64,000 nucleotides of DNA from Chlorokybus atmophyticus (Eukaryota; Plantae; Mesostigma and Chlorokybus algae). The number at the start of each line of letters is the position of its first letter. Within the stretch, counting starts at the first letter, position 1. The stretch covers positions 369,004 to 433,003 of the forward strand of contig RHPI01003009.1 of NCBI GenBank assembly GCA_009103225.1. Reading direction: 5' to 3'. Position numbers and translations under genes: made by a program. Below, in pieces: positions 22,177 to 35,935 of this stretch. The notes below the pieces were generated by a model, which worked only from the letters and a program-made list of their open reading frames with translations, was not told the origin of the DNA and made no database searches.

Positions 22177-25100
22177 CTAGTACAGGCCCAGGAACTTCCA
22201 GTACGGGATGCCGACAGCCGCCCATATGCCAAGGTTCACGAGCGCGCAGGTAATGCCGAGGCGGAAGACGTCTGGCAGCTGGTTGAACCCAGCTGTAGCA
22301 GAGCAAGAGTGTTAGCAGAATTGACATGAGACAGAATTGTATGATCTTGAGCATCACCATCACCGTCATTGCGTTCTCAGAGCATAAGGCTCAAAGCATC
22401 CCACAGCCTTGCAAGAAATAATGCAGGCAGCAAGTGCTCTGAATCAGCAGAGAGTACATCGACGCCGTTAGCATTACCGCCGTAGTAAACGGCTGCTTGT
22501 CCGCTGCTGTAATGAGTGAGCGCGCCAAAGAGGTTGGTGAGGTAGGCGAGGACGAGGGTCGCAAGGAGTGGCGGGGCGCCCGCGGCAATGGCCATGGCGA
22601 GGAAGGCCCCAAAAAGGGCGCCCACGTGCGCCGTCTGGCTGGCAAACAGGTAATGCACACCAAAGTACACGCCACTCAGAACCGTTAATGCCGCCGGCCA
22701 CGCCAGGTTCATTGAGGCAAGCGCTCCAGCAACGGTGTCGGAGAGGAACTTCACCACTCCCAAAGAGTTCAACTGCATCAGACATTAGACAAGCATGCAA
22801 AGTCAAAACGTCTCTCATAGTCATTGCCTTCGCTCATTAGCGCACAATCCCAACCACTTTGCTGCGATTGACACGTGTGCTGGCTTTTAAATGACTCAAG
22901 TGATGTAGTTAAAGCAGGCAAACCAGGGACATAAGTGTGTACCTGCCCAGACATGCCGACTAGGACGGCAAACCACGCCAGCGTGTCCCAGGCGGCGCTC
23001 TCATTCAAGCAGTCACTCCACTGCACACAAGCAAAAATCAGTCATGCACGACTGACTTCCAGCTGGCTTCATTCGAACACGCAGCGGTGCAATACTGAAT
23101 TCATGAATATCAATGTTGGTTTCAACATTCTCACCTGTAGCACGCCGCTGAGCAGGAGGATGCTGAGGCCAAGCATGGCAGCTGAGACGCTGGAAACCTT
23201 GAGTGCCTCTCCTGCCACCCACAGCGTCACCGCCAGAAGCATCGTTGCCACCATCACCTGCGTCATCAATCATACAACATTAAGACAATGCCAACACCAT
23301 ACTATTGCTGCGACTGGCAGATCAACCGCTTGCCGCATGCACGTTACCTTCTCGTCTCGTGTCATCGGACCCATCTTCTTCAGCTTCTCTGCGGCAATTC
23401 CTGGGGCTTCTGGAGTGTTCTGTTGAAGTGTTGTCTCAATGTTGTGCACAAGTACATGCAAGACAAACAGCATCACAGGCCCATGGAAAACCCTCTGCTG
23501 CAAGTGCTGGTGTTGGCAAGCTGTATCTACCTGAATTTCAGGCGGGTACAACTTAAACATGATGAAGGGTCCAGCGAGGAGCGCAGCAATGGCAGGCAGA
23601 GCGGCAGCCTTGAACCACGTCATCCACGGGCTGGGAATGACAACACCCAACTCCGTCGCCAGCTTGAGACACAGCAGGTTCTGAGCTGCCGCCGTTAAGA
23701 AAAGGGCACTGGAGTTTGCACAGCCCTGCGCACAGACACTCAAGCATCAAGCATGAACACACCACATAGACACGTAACATCATGCGCTGACACCCTGAGT
23801 TGCAATGCAACATGAATGATGTAACCTCTCCATTTGTCGCTCAACGGCCAAGCAAAGCATAATTGGCATGCATACTTGCAGCTGAGCTTGCACAAGGAAG
23901 GCGCCAAGCTTGCGCGCAGAAGGGTCGTTGGGTTTGCTGCCCGAAGAGCGCGAGAGGGAATTGATGATGGGGAGGAAGACGCCACCAGCGCGCGCAGTGG
24001 TTGAGGGCATGGCAGGGGCGATGATGGCCTCAGAGATGGCGAGGCCATACGAAAGGCCCAGCGTGCTCGCGCCCATCCACTTCACAAACAATGTGGCCAC
24101 GCGGTCCCCGAGCCCCGTTTTAACAAAACCGCGCGCAAAGAAGAAGGAGATCACAATCAGCCAGATCACGTCGTTGGTAAACGCGCCAAATGCCGCGACA
24201 AACGACAGCGTCTTAGTCATCACGGTTGTGGTCAACCCTATGAACGCCCACGCCCCGACCGGTAGTGGCCCCAACACCAGGCCTGCTATTGTTGACAGGA
24301 ATATCGCCAGCAGTTGCCATGCCTGTGCAGTGCACATGAAGCCGCCCTCACTAAAAAGTTGTAAAAGCACGTCGTCATTGCTGCAAAGCATTGATTAGTT
24401 CAACACAACTTGCTGTGCATACCTGCGTGGTGATGGCAGCGGGCTTGGGGACAAGGTAGCGGACAATCAAGCCAACACCAACTGAAAGCAGCATTGGCAG
24501 GGGCTTTGCGCCGGTCCATGCAGGTGCGGATGCGGCTGAGGGTGCTGGGACGTCATCAGCTGTGGGTGCTGCAGCTGCTGAAGAGGCCTGCAGCAACAAT
24601 TGCATATGGTCAGCAGCAGCTAGCAATGAGCTCGTTGGGAACAAGCACGATATAGGGCATGCACAGCACAAGAGGCATGCAGCTCGCTTGGTTAACCCAC
24701 TTATGTAGTGACAGGCTCATGGCAAGCGACTGCTTGGCGCTGCTCATGCACGAAGGGCTGCCGACATTGGCTGAGAGCGATGGGAGAGGNNNNNNNNNNN
24801 NNNNNNNNNNNNNNNNNNNNNNNNNNNNNNNNNNNNNNNNNNNNNNNNNNNNNNNNNNNNNNNNNNNNNNNNNNNNNNNNNNNNNNNNNNNNNNNNNNNN
24901 NNNNNNNNNNNNNNNNNNNNNNNNNNNNNNNNNNNNNNNNNNNNNNNNNNNNNNNNNNNNNNNNNNNNNNNNNNNNNNNNNNNNNNNNNNNNNNNNNNNN
25001 NNNNNNNNNNNNNNNNNNNNNNNNNNNNNNNNNNNNNNNNNNNNNNNNNNNNNNNNNNNNNNNNNNNNNNNNNNNNNNNNNNNNNNNNNNNNNNNNNNNN

Positions 25101-25701
25101 NNNNNNNNNNNNNNNNNNNNNNNNNNNNNNNNNNNNNNNNNNNNNNNNNNNNNNNNNNNNGGGGGGAGATTGTGTAAAACTGGCTGAAGTGCAAGCAGTA
25201 ATTTGCCAATTGTTGGCATCCATATCGCGTGCAAGGCACTTGCTGACAATCGTCACAAGCTCGCTCTGAGGGCTGCAACATGCAAGTACCGCCATGCAAA
25301 TTGCTATCAGTAGTCGTGAATGAAGTATGCCCACTGCATTGCATTACAACATAAATGCAATGCAGACGCAACATGCATCTGGATAGTACTGTATATTGGA
25401 TACCCCCATCACATGCCAACATCATGAGCGTGTCAAAGCTCGGAAGCCCTTCCCCACGTACCTGTGCAGGAGCATATCGCGAGCCAGCTGGTCGTTCCCT
25501 TCCAGGCAGCCTTCGCCTCAACGACAGGAGTTCATCTCGTCTGCTGGACACGGAGGACGTCAATTGACACCTAGAGCTGCCATCTGGCCTCAGCAAACAC
25601 CTTGCCCTCAATGCGCCTGAAGCTGCTGCAGCCTGGCGGTAGCAGCCCACAACTGGCGCAGCCGCAGGCGCAGCACGCAATTGCAGCGCCACAGCAGCCA
25701 T
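22177..25701 (-). CDS. DIT2: Plastid dicarboxylate translocator, DiT2-type (glutamate/malate, DASS family), multi-exon
   Basis: PLPVGAWAFIGLT, IWLIVISFFFARGFVKTGLGDRVA, APAMPSTTARAGG, YFASQTAHVGAL, HYSSGQAAVYYG and C-terminal YWKFLGLY* (TAG at 22177). Transit-peptide exon 25462-25701; one intron contains an N gap. Confidence 0.92.
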
Positions 25702-25924
25702 CCCAATAAGTTGTATCCACAAATATTGCACTAGATAGCTCTGAATCCCTCGGCACCGACACCGCGGACTCCAACGACCACGCCGCGGCCGCCGCCGCCG
25801 CCACCGGTGCCAGCGGGGTGTGAGCAGATAAGACCAAGTTGATCCGAACCGGGTCGGAAACTACAATCTGTAGTCCCGAACGCTTCGCGATCGCGCAAAC
25901 TGGGTCTCCAGCCCTAATTCTCCA

Positions 25925-25933
25925 AAACCCTAA
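25925..25933 (+). promoter_or_regulatory. Telo-box (AAACCCTAA) in the ~400-bp divergent DiT2/FtsH promoter
   Basis: Exact AAACCCTAA between head-to-head ATGs at 25701 and 26097, flanked by GCC/GGC repeats. Confidence 0.55.
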
Positions 25934-26096
25934 TCTGGGTCATTGCTCCGCATGTGGGCGGCGGCGGCGGCGGTGTCGGTGACGGCGGCAAGCGTGTGCA
26001 TGGCCGTCACCTTGGACGCATGAGGGTTGCACGATTGAGTTGTATGTTACACTAGAAATGGCTTGTGGGCGGTGATTGGGAGCGTCAACAGCAGCC

Positions 26097-29000
26097 ATGC
26101 TGCGGGTGCACACCCTGCCGGCGACGGCATTGTCCTCGCGTGTTGCCCCGCCGCATGCGTGCTTGGGCCGGCAGCGGCATCATGGTCGTCCGTGTCGTCC
26201 GCATAGGCTTCTTTGCAGGCCAGCCACTTCTTGCTGTCACAGTCAACAGTCTGCCTCTACATCACGGGACAGTGACTGCAGTGATGAGAGGCGGGAAGAA
26301 GGTTGGACTACAGGCGCTGAGGGGCTTGGCATGATGGCAGCGGCGGCAGTCACCGTCAAGTCCAGGAACATTGTGGAGAAGTTGCTAGATAGAAGGCCTC
26401 ATGTTGACGGCCCCATGAATTACGCCCGCATGATTGAGTTCTTGCAGACGAAAAGCATTACCCGGGTGGACTTGTATGACAACGGCAAGGTTGCTATTGG
26501 TACGTACTCGACAGATCGTCTAGATTATGGCGGTGCTTGCTGAGCATTGCGCATTTGCTTGGTATGCTTGCCCATCTGTTATATGCATGGCCATATATAT
26601 TTGTGTGCACAGGCTGGGTTGTATGATGTGGTGCTAACATTATGTCATGCATGTGCATTCTGTGACAGCATGCTCTCATCATACACAGCCCTACACACAG
26701 ATGTGTAGCTTTGCTGTTGGTGTTATCGCCGTATGTCAGCAGGCAGTAGAAGTTCGTTTGTTGCTGTTAGAGTTTCTTCCTGTTAGAGGTTTCTTTGTAA
26801 CCTCTCACTACGTTTATTACCCCATATGGGGCACTCCGTCGTCTACTAACCTGAAACCGTTTGCTCTGCCAAGCTATGGTTCAGCTTGCGCGCGTACATA
26901 TGCATTGCAACCAGCCCTTTGGCAGTGACTTTGACACTGTGAGTGCTGCGCAGTTGAAGTCCCCCTCAGTTTTGACGAGGAAGAGGGTAAGATACCGGAG
27001 GTGCAGCGATGGCAAGTTGAGCTGCCTGGAGACGGGCAGGAGTTTTTGTTCCCGACAATGCATGCATGTGAGACACAGGTGAGGAGAGTGGCTTTGGCGT
27101 GTATATACAACATAATTGCGCATCATCAGGGTGGCTAACTTGCAGTTCTCCTGCAGATCGTGGTACACAACGACCCCTCATTGCCGCCGTATTTTAGGGA
27201 GGCAGTGGGTGCCATATTCCCTATTGTTGCGTTGCTCGGTATTCAGCGTCTCATCACCTGGTACTTTAACTATAAGGCGCGGCTTGACCCTAAAAGCGCA
27301 CGCGCCATAGCTGACAAGCTCGGCAAAAGCAAGTGAGTGGACAGTATGCAATCGCAGTCGTGCAGCGCAGGGTGATTATTGTGCACTCTGGTGTTGCTTA
27401 GCTAGTCCTTGTCTTATTCCATGCCCAACTTGTTCAGCTTGGTTGGTGCATCTGCAGGGCTCGTTTCATGGCGGATGCTAACACTGGAGTTACATTTAAC
27501 GATGTGGCTGGCATTGATGTTGCCAAGAATGAGCTGCGTGAGGTTGTTAGGACGCTCAAGCATGACAAGACATACGAAGATCTTGGTGTGACACCACCGA
27601 AGGTTGGTTTCTGTTGCAGTAGCTCTCTTGCAATCCAAGTTGTGTCATAGTCTCATCGCCAACGCGCTTTCTTGCAGGGCATTTTGTTGTATGGCCCACC
27701 AGGCACAGGCAAAACGCATTTGGCGAAAGCTGTTGCAGCAGAGTCGGGACTACCATTCTTCTCCGCCAATGGCGCTGAGTTTGTTGAGATCTTTGTTGGT
27801 GTGGCGGCTGCACGTGTTCGAGATCTTTTTAGCAGGGCGAGGGCTGCAGAGCCATGTATCATCTTTATTGATGAGATCGACTCGATTGGAAGAGCTCGAG
27901 GTGGTGCAACTGACCCTGGCAACTCTGAGCGCGAACAAGGTTGGCTTACATGACTGAAGGATGACTGAAGGATACAAGGATACAGATGCTGATGTTGGCA
28001 TGGCATTTGGTTGCAACAGTTGTTACTACTTCGTAACCAGTTTGCGCTGAACCAGAGCTGAACCCAACCTGCCTTTCTTAGGGCTAATGCAGCTTCTCGT
28101 GGAGATGGATGGGTTTGCAACAGACGACACCAATGTCTTGGTGATGGGAGCCACAAACCGACCAGATGTTTTGGATGATGCACTGCTTAGAAAAGGACGC
28201 TTTGACAGGCGCATTGAGGTCGGCTTGCCGGACCGCAAAGGCAGATACGAGGTGTTAAAGGTTCGTAGTCCTTTGTTAATGTGCTGCGACACTTACAGAG
28301 AGACTATGTAGCATGCTGATTGGCTATGTCTGCAGGTACACTCGCGCAACAAGTTGTTTGGTAACGAGGAGGTGAAGCAGGAGCTTCTGCTGCATGCTGC
28401 CAAGAACACGCATGGTTTCACCGGTGCAGAGCTTGCAAACTTGATGAATGAAGCATCCATCCTTGGAGTCAGGCGGAGAAAGGATCAGATAGACAAGTCA
28501 GAGATTGACTCTGCTATAGAGAAGGTTACGGAAGGTCTAAAGATGGCGCGCTACGATGATGATCCGGTAAGAACGTCAGATGTGCTGAGTTGCAACATGC
28601 GCTCCTTTACTGGGCTTCAGTTGTCGACTTGCGTGCCAGTCCAAGGCAATATGTCTTGCACATTGCTTGTCATCAGCCTGCAGGACATCATGCTAACTGT
28701 TATTCTGCAACAGGACTTGAAGTATCGCTTGGCCGTTATTGAAGCTGGCCGGGCTGTTGTTGCCACAGTCTTGCCTGGGCACGACCGAGTAAGGAAAATC
28801 TCTCTTGTCCCGCGCGGGCAGCAACGTTCTACGGTTGACTTTGAGGATGCTGACCGACCGTCTGGAGTCACCACAAAGGCCATGGTCCTGGACGAGCTGG
28901 TCAGTCTGCTTTCAGGGCGTGCAGCGGAGGAAGCTGTCTTTGGCAATCTGGGTGTCACGCTGGCAACTGCGGGTTATGTGGAGCTTGCTTCCATCCTAAC

Positions 29001-29718
29001 CAATGAGATGGTGACCACCTACGGCTGGTCCAGTTTGGGCTTGTACACTTATGAGGACCCTCGCTTCATCACAAATGAGGTTTGTTCCAAAGTCTCGAGT
29101 CAGTGGCTGCAGTCATGCTCAGTGGCATCATGCTGAGAGCATCTGACAGTCATTTGCGTTCTGGGCACCTACCAACACATGCTACGTGTGCAGGTGCGGG
29201 ATGACATTGACAGATTACGCAGGGAGTTTGCGCTCAACGCGTATGCAAAGGCTTTGCACATTGTTCGGGAACATCGCGCAGCCATTGAGACACTGGCCAA
29301 AGAGTTAGTAGTCAAAGACACAATCTGGGGTGACCGCGTGCGCGAGATCATCTCGGGTGCACCTGCGTCGCATGTCCCGCTGCCAGAAGATGAATTGGTT
29401 GTCCAGCCTGAAGGCCAGCATGGCGCCAACAATGGCAATGGCATTACAGGCGGGGTGCAGAGGGGAGGAACCGCAGCAAATGGCGTCACTGGCATACGAG
29501 TTGGCAGTGTGAGGTTTATATCTGGGGTTGGGTTTGCGACATTTGCGTCGCCAAAGTCGGGTACGGCCAAAGGCCGCAACAACGCGCGGAGGAAAGACAG
29601 TCACAACAACCACACAGGACGAGCAGATGGCAGTGTAGGTGCTGAGAGCGATAGTGATGGCTCTGTAGGTGCTGTGAGCTTTGACAGTGGCGTTGGCCAT
29701 GCAACATGGCTTAGATAG
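26097..29718 (+). CDS. ftsH: FtsH-family AAA+ protein with degenerate protease site (FtsHi-like), multi-exon, probably plastid
   Basis: N-domain [10 protein letters not shown]...[20 protein letters not shown], Walker A GPPGTGKT, Walker [31 protein letters not shown]; IEAGR in place of HEAGH. Confidence 0.92.
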
Positions 29719-30303
29719 CGCTTACTATGTAAACTGTACTGCTTGCGAGCTCGTTTTTGCCCATCCATTGCATGCTCTGTTGCTGATCGACAAAGCATCT
29801 GCAGGATTGCAACATCTTTAGCAAGGATGCAACTGTGTGCATGCTGCTGTAGATACCAAGATAATAATGGAGTTGTCATGCATGTCAAGCATGGTTTAAC
29901 ATGTAAATGGAAGGGAAGGGGAGAGGGGGAGTACAACTTTATGTACGCTATGCTATAATGCATACGAAGTCATTGCTTTTCTACCACGCACTTCTTGTAC
30001 CTCTACGTGGCGTCATGTGCAAGGGGATCTTGGGATTCGCCGCCTATGGATAAAAGCCTTGGGACCAGTCAGCTTTGTGCCATATACTGCCAACAATCGC
30101 ACTCACTAACAACTCACAACCACAACAGGACAACATACAGTCAATCTCTGCTTGCGACTAAGTGCTTATGCAACACATTGGTTTATGAACTCTTAACATA
30201 CTACATACAATGTGAGGTGCCACTTTGCCGACATGCAGCTAGCAGTACACAAACCACTCAACAATATCAAACAATAACCATAAATATGCATTTGCTTATG
30301 AAT

Positions 30304-30352
30304 TTTGCTCAAGTACTTATTTGCTCAAGTACTTATTTTGCTCAAGTACTTA
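30304..30352. repeat. Three tandem copies of tttgctcaagtactta within an AT-rich island
   Basis: Read directly from the sequence. Confidence 0.85.
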
Positions 30353-32246
30353 AGTACATGTATAAGCAACGTGTGAAGGGTTTGAGTGGAGTCAAGTGTC
30401 TATGTAAAACATCGGTAGATGAGATCATCATCAGTCATGTTAATTATTGGCATGACCGATAATTGCAATCATTATGTTTCATGCTTGCTCATCACAACTG
30501 AGACACACTTTTACGACCACATCGTCATAGCTAATAATATGTGTACCATATGTACCAGTTATTAACTAAAAAGGCACTCACTATTACGTCGGGCATTTCC
30601 ATTAAGCCATAAAAGCAAAAGGCGCTTACATGTTGCGGCTTTTTTGGGACTTTAAGTTATTGAAGCCCTCGGGGAAGGGGCTATTGTAACACTCACATAC
30701 TTAATGGTTTGTGACACATGGTGCATTCAACAGTGCACACTGCAAATAGTATGCGAAGACATATTGCGTTCGCTTATGATGCTTTTACTGTGCATATTTG
30801 TGCATAACAAGCACATTTCGAAGATCGATATCAAACGCACTATTTGTAATGGAAATTGGGGTAGGCTCATGCACATAAGCTGTGGCAAACCACTTACAAG
30901 ACTTAGAAATGAGGCAGAGATATCCGAGGTAGGCAGAGGCAGCGATGACTTGCTTGCTGATAAAAACTTATGTAAGAATATTATGCAGCAATAGCATGCG
31001 GCAGTAATTGTTAGCTAATTGCAAAAGTGTGAGATCTACCCCAATCAGCTTCATTTATACGACACTTATTGCTGGTTTTATTGTGTTGGTTTCATGCCGC
31101 GGACTATGACAGCCATCTCAGATTTAACATATCAATAAAAATACTTTATGCTTATTTCAACACATACCAGTATATATGAGTTAATTTAAGTCATTTATGC
31201 TGCATTTTGTCAATACCCTTGTCTTGATTTGACTTTTGTAAACGGGCATGTACCACGTACATAAATCAGCCTTGGTTAATTATATACATAATGTGAGCCA
31301 CAATTTGCACTGTGTGAGTCACACGGTACAATGGTGGCTCGCAAGTTGTTCGCCATCAACTCAATGGCACTTGGCTCACGCAATAAGAGCCACAATAATA
31401 TGCACCCCGTGCCTGCCTGCCTGCCTGCCTCTGCCTCTGCTGTGTGGTCCACAGGTCGGTTATGATACCTCTTGATCCCACCCCATCACCGCCCACTGCT
31501 CACTACCCACTGCACTGCACATAGCAGCACTTGAAAGCACTAGCTGAGTAGTCTTGGGTTCCGGAGGGGGGGGATCATTATGTGCGTGGTGTCGGTTACT
31601 TGCCTGCGTTGGCTGCATGTGTTGCCTGCTAGTGACTGTTCAGTGTGTTGCGTGCTCAGCAATGCATGACTGCATGATGTGCCGATTGATTTCTACCCTG
31701 TGCACAGTGGTGGCTCGCAACTTTTTCGCCGTCAAGTCATGTTGCTTGGTTCAGTTGCTGACTTCGATCAGCGAAACCGCAAACCGAAACGCGCATTTTC
31801 CACAATTTGATTCAAACTGGTCGTTCCCCGCACGAAATTCAAACTCGCCTGCAAACGGTCGGCCTTGTGTTTGGCGCCGTAAGACGGGCGGCGGCGGCGG
31901 GCGCGGGCGATGGCGATGGCGATGGCGCTCGACGCCTGACGAGTGTTGGAGGTGGTTAGAGAGGGTTAGGGCCGTGGAGTGAAGGAGCCTTGCGACGGCT
32001 GTTTGCATCTGCTTGCCGACAGCGCCAGCCTGCTTGCTTGCCTGTAAGCAAGTCCAGCATGCTAGCACACACCCTAGCATGCGTGTGCGTGTGTGTTCGC
32101 GCCCTTTCTTGCATGCTTGTGCTAGGCAGGCTGTGAAGTTGTCCAGATCATGCACAAGCACAATGCCATGGTGTGTGCCTTTCTTGCTTTCTCCTCCTCT
32201 TGGCTGAACAGCTTGTTGATGGCGTACTATGCAGCCCGGTGTGTAG

Positions 32247-35200
32247 ATGGCTGCGCACAACCCTGCGCACAGAAACCCTTGCGAGGACAGCGCCTTTGTG
32301 GCTTGCATTCCCACAGTGAGGGCGAACGAGATGGACTGCTACAGCGGCCCCATGGCCGACCGCCTCAGGAAGCTGTCTTACCCGGCTGAGAGCCACCTCA
32401 CAGCTGAGGCTGCTCTTGCACGCATTACACCATCAAAGGCCAACACTGCAACCACTGCTGCCACTGCTGCACCAGCAGCTTCGTCTTCAACATCTTCTGC
32501 TCCTGCTGCTGGACCAGCTGGCAAAGCCCAAGCAGCTAAGCCCAAAAGCAAGCAGCTGTCTCCTCAGCGCAAGAGAGCAGTCATCAAGAAGCGAACGGCT
32601 TTTGGCCTGCCGGCTGTGGTTGCTTTCCTGCAAAGGCAGCCTGTTAAGACAGCGTCCATTGCTGTGGCCACCGCTCTCTCTGCTTGGGCGCTTGCATCCT
32701 ACGTCAGCCATCGTGCACGCCAACGAAGTCAATCAGCCTCAAAACTTGGTGCAGTTGAAGCTGAAGAGACAAACTCCGAGCCTGAGCAGGTATGTGTACT
32801 ACACGCATGCATGTACCTGTGTGAGAGCATGGGCACAAGTGTGTGCGTGTGTACCGACATGCGTGTGGTCGTTTTGCCCATCAACTCACGGCCAACCCAG
32901 CTTGTTACTTGTATGGTCAGGTTGAGCATGCTGTTGAGCACGCATCTGACTCGGAAGATGCGGTGCTGATTTCCGACGCTGAGTGCGATGCCCCTGCGAG
33001 TGCCGAGGAGGTGCAAGGCAATGAGCAGGTCGCCGTGAGCACGGTGTCCGTGGAGGAGTCGAATGTGGTTGCAGTTACAGATGAAGAAGATGAAGCGGTC
33101 GCAGCGGATGCCAGCAGCCGCGAGTCGCCGCAGAACAGCAAGAACAACAACAAACCGGTGTCGGATACGCCAAGAAGACACATTCTGAGTCTCATTGGCA
33201 AAGCGTCATCATATGAGGTTGGTTAGTTGATGGTGTGAGGGTTTTCAATGCACATTAACATGTATGTGCGTGTTTGAGTGTCTGCTTGTGTTTGAGCTCA
33301 TCAAAGGCTTATGTTGTACAGGAAAACGAACTTGCAGAGAGACTGTTCCAGGCAAAGGTGTGTGCATGCAACAATGAGGAGTTGCCTGCACGTATATTAT
33401 TATGCACGCAGTAAGTCTACTCACAGTGTGTATAACCAATGCAAGCATCACTGGTTGTGCAGGTGGAGGCACTGCGACTGTTGCGTGACGAGATAGCGGC
33501 TGCAGTGGAACAGCTGGCAACGATGTTGCCGCCGGTGCGTGCATCTGCACTCATCACGTTGGCTTGTTGTTTCTGCGTGCACCAAGCGCTTAACACCATG
33601 TCTCGTGTCTAGGGTGCGCTGCGCCCGGCAGTTGTCCGCCTACGACAGATCTACAAGGCTGTGGCTGCCAACTGGAACGTCCCAACAGACCATCAGGTAA
33701 AAAGGGTTATGCTGGCATCGAGTGCCACAAGTGACAGTATGCACAGTGTGCATTCTTCACAGTACTTCAACTGTCGTTGCATAAGTCATAGGTGATGTGA
33801 TAGCCAACAAGCATTGTGCAGCCAGTAGGTAGAAACAATCAGACCTGTGCCAAGGAGCTGAAGTGAGGGAAGCCTCTCTCTTACGTTGGCATCTGCGTGA
33901 ATGCTTAGGTCTGTCCAAGCCCAGCGCCAGATGTGATGGGCACGACTCCCCTGCGGCTCGTGCCCATCCCATTCACGATGGCTGAGGAGCCAGAGGAGGA
34001 GGGAGAGGAGGACAAGTGCCGGGAAGAGGCGAACGCCAACCAGCTGCATCGGTCAAAACACACGACCAGCGCATCACCTGGGACCGTCGCCACAGTCAAT
34101 GCGGTCACCGAGCGCCTGTTGGAAGAGTTTGAGATCGCAGCTTCTCAGGTACGAACACTACTTGATGACACGAACGCACATGCGTGCGTGTTGATGGCGG
34201 GCGTGTGTATACAAGCATGCGCCTGTTGGTGCGGGTGTGTTGCACACGCGCACGTGTTTGTGTGCATGTGTCAATGTTTGCATCCATGCTCAGGTTGCCA
34301 AGATGGAGGCGCAGATCTCTCAGTTGCAGACTGAGGTCCAGACCCGCCAGGCAACGCTGCGCAAACTGGAGGAGACTTTGGCTGAAGAGCAGGCCAAGCG
34401 GGTACAACACTTTGCCTTCAACATAGGCTTTGCTGCCGTATGCGCGCAACATGCACCCAACACCTATTGCTTAGCTCATTCACCTTTATGTGCAGGAGCA
34501 AGCGGAGCAGCTGTGCACAGAGCAGCACGCGGTGTTGCGTGAGCTCATGCAGAGCGCCAGCAGCGGCGGTAGTGGCAGCAGTGACGACAGCGTGCTGTAT
34601 GGCTCACGGTGCCCGCCGACCACACCCGTGGAAGCCTTCAGCACAGCAGAGACGGCGGGCTCCAACGCTACCAGCTCTGTTGGGGTACGCATCACACATT
34701 GCCAACTTTGATCGCATGGTTGCAATTAAACACATTTTGGCTGCTTACACACTGAGGAACAACAGTACCAATAACAATAACAACAACGACATCATCAACA
34801 CCAAATACAACATCAGCAGCAGCAGCAACAACAACAACAACAACCACAACTTGTGCGCAGGAGAAGGAGCTGCAGTCTCTGTGCAAGGAGTTGGTGGATT
34901 TTGCGCAGAGGAGGGCGCAGTACCTGCAGAGGGCGCACTCGCAGACGGCGAGTCCTCAAGCTTCCCATGTGGGGCCGGAGGTCACGCCGCTGTCTCTGCG
35001 CAATGGCAACACCAGCCGGCAGCCGTTCCACAGCGCGCAGAGCAATAACAACAACCATGACCACCACAACAACAACACTGCCAACAACAACGGCAACAGC
35101 CGAGCCACTTTGGGGCAACTGGCTCTGCGCGTGTCGCTTGACTCGTCCCTCGCCGCACCCGAAGTCACCCGCAGCACGGACACGTTTGTAAGAGATGTTG

Positions 35201-35742
35201 CTGCCCACAACAACAGCAACAACAACAGCAGCAGCAACAAGAACAAGGTCCAGGACCTCTGTCGCATGTTTCAGGACATGTCCAGTGGAAGTGGTGGTGG
35301 CGGCTCGTCGACATATTGGAGACGCAAAGCCAATGCTGCTGGTGTCACGCACGTGCAACCGGACTCGACCGTGCGACGCACATGGGGAGACTCTCTCTCG
35401 CTCCACTTGCGCACCGCTCACGCCCATGCTCACGACAACCATGACAACAACAAGCACAATGACAACGTGCGTCTGAGTGCAGCTGAGCGGCCGGCATTGC
35501 AGGAGGCCAACAACACACACGGCAGCCATGGACACAACCGGCACATAGAGGGCGGGAGCAGCGGCAAAGACTATCGCCATCATCACCAACATCATCATGC
35601 AAGCAATGTTGGTGAGTCAAACAGAGATCATGCCAAAGCTGCAGCATCAGTGGAGCCTTCACCGGTGAGCAAGCGCAGCCGCAGGGCAAAGAAGATCTAC
35701 ACTGACTTGACCAAAGAGAACTGGGCACGCACCTCCATGTAG
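32247..35742 (+). CDS. Uncharacterised multi-exon protein with one hydrophobic segment, coiled-coil exons and an Asn/His-rich C-terminus
   Basis: Exons join in frame at GT/AG (…PEQ|VEHAV…SSYE|ENELAERLFQAK|VEALRLLRDEI…|VAKMEAQISQLQTEV…|EKELQSLCKELVDF…). Start codon and family unknown. Confidence 0.6.
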
Positions 35743-35935
35743 TAGTGGGCATGCTGACCGACGTTGTTTACTTTATGGCTTTGCTTTCGGGGCCTCCCCA
35801 GCAGTTATATTTTGCTTATGACGTATTTCAATATGTACAGAAGTGTATGTGTCTTGTTTTGATGTGTGTCGGCATGCATACAGCATTCTGAGCAGCATCA
35901 GGCCAAGTGTTGTGTACAACTGTGTTATGGTGCAT

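Noticed and set aside
30304-30352. CRISPR-like array (also 20480-20545 and 57647-57782)
   Set aside because: Tandem repeats without unique spacers, in eukaryotic DNA with no cas genes.
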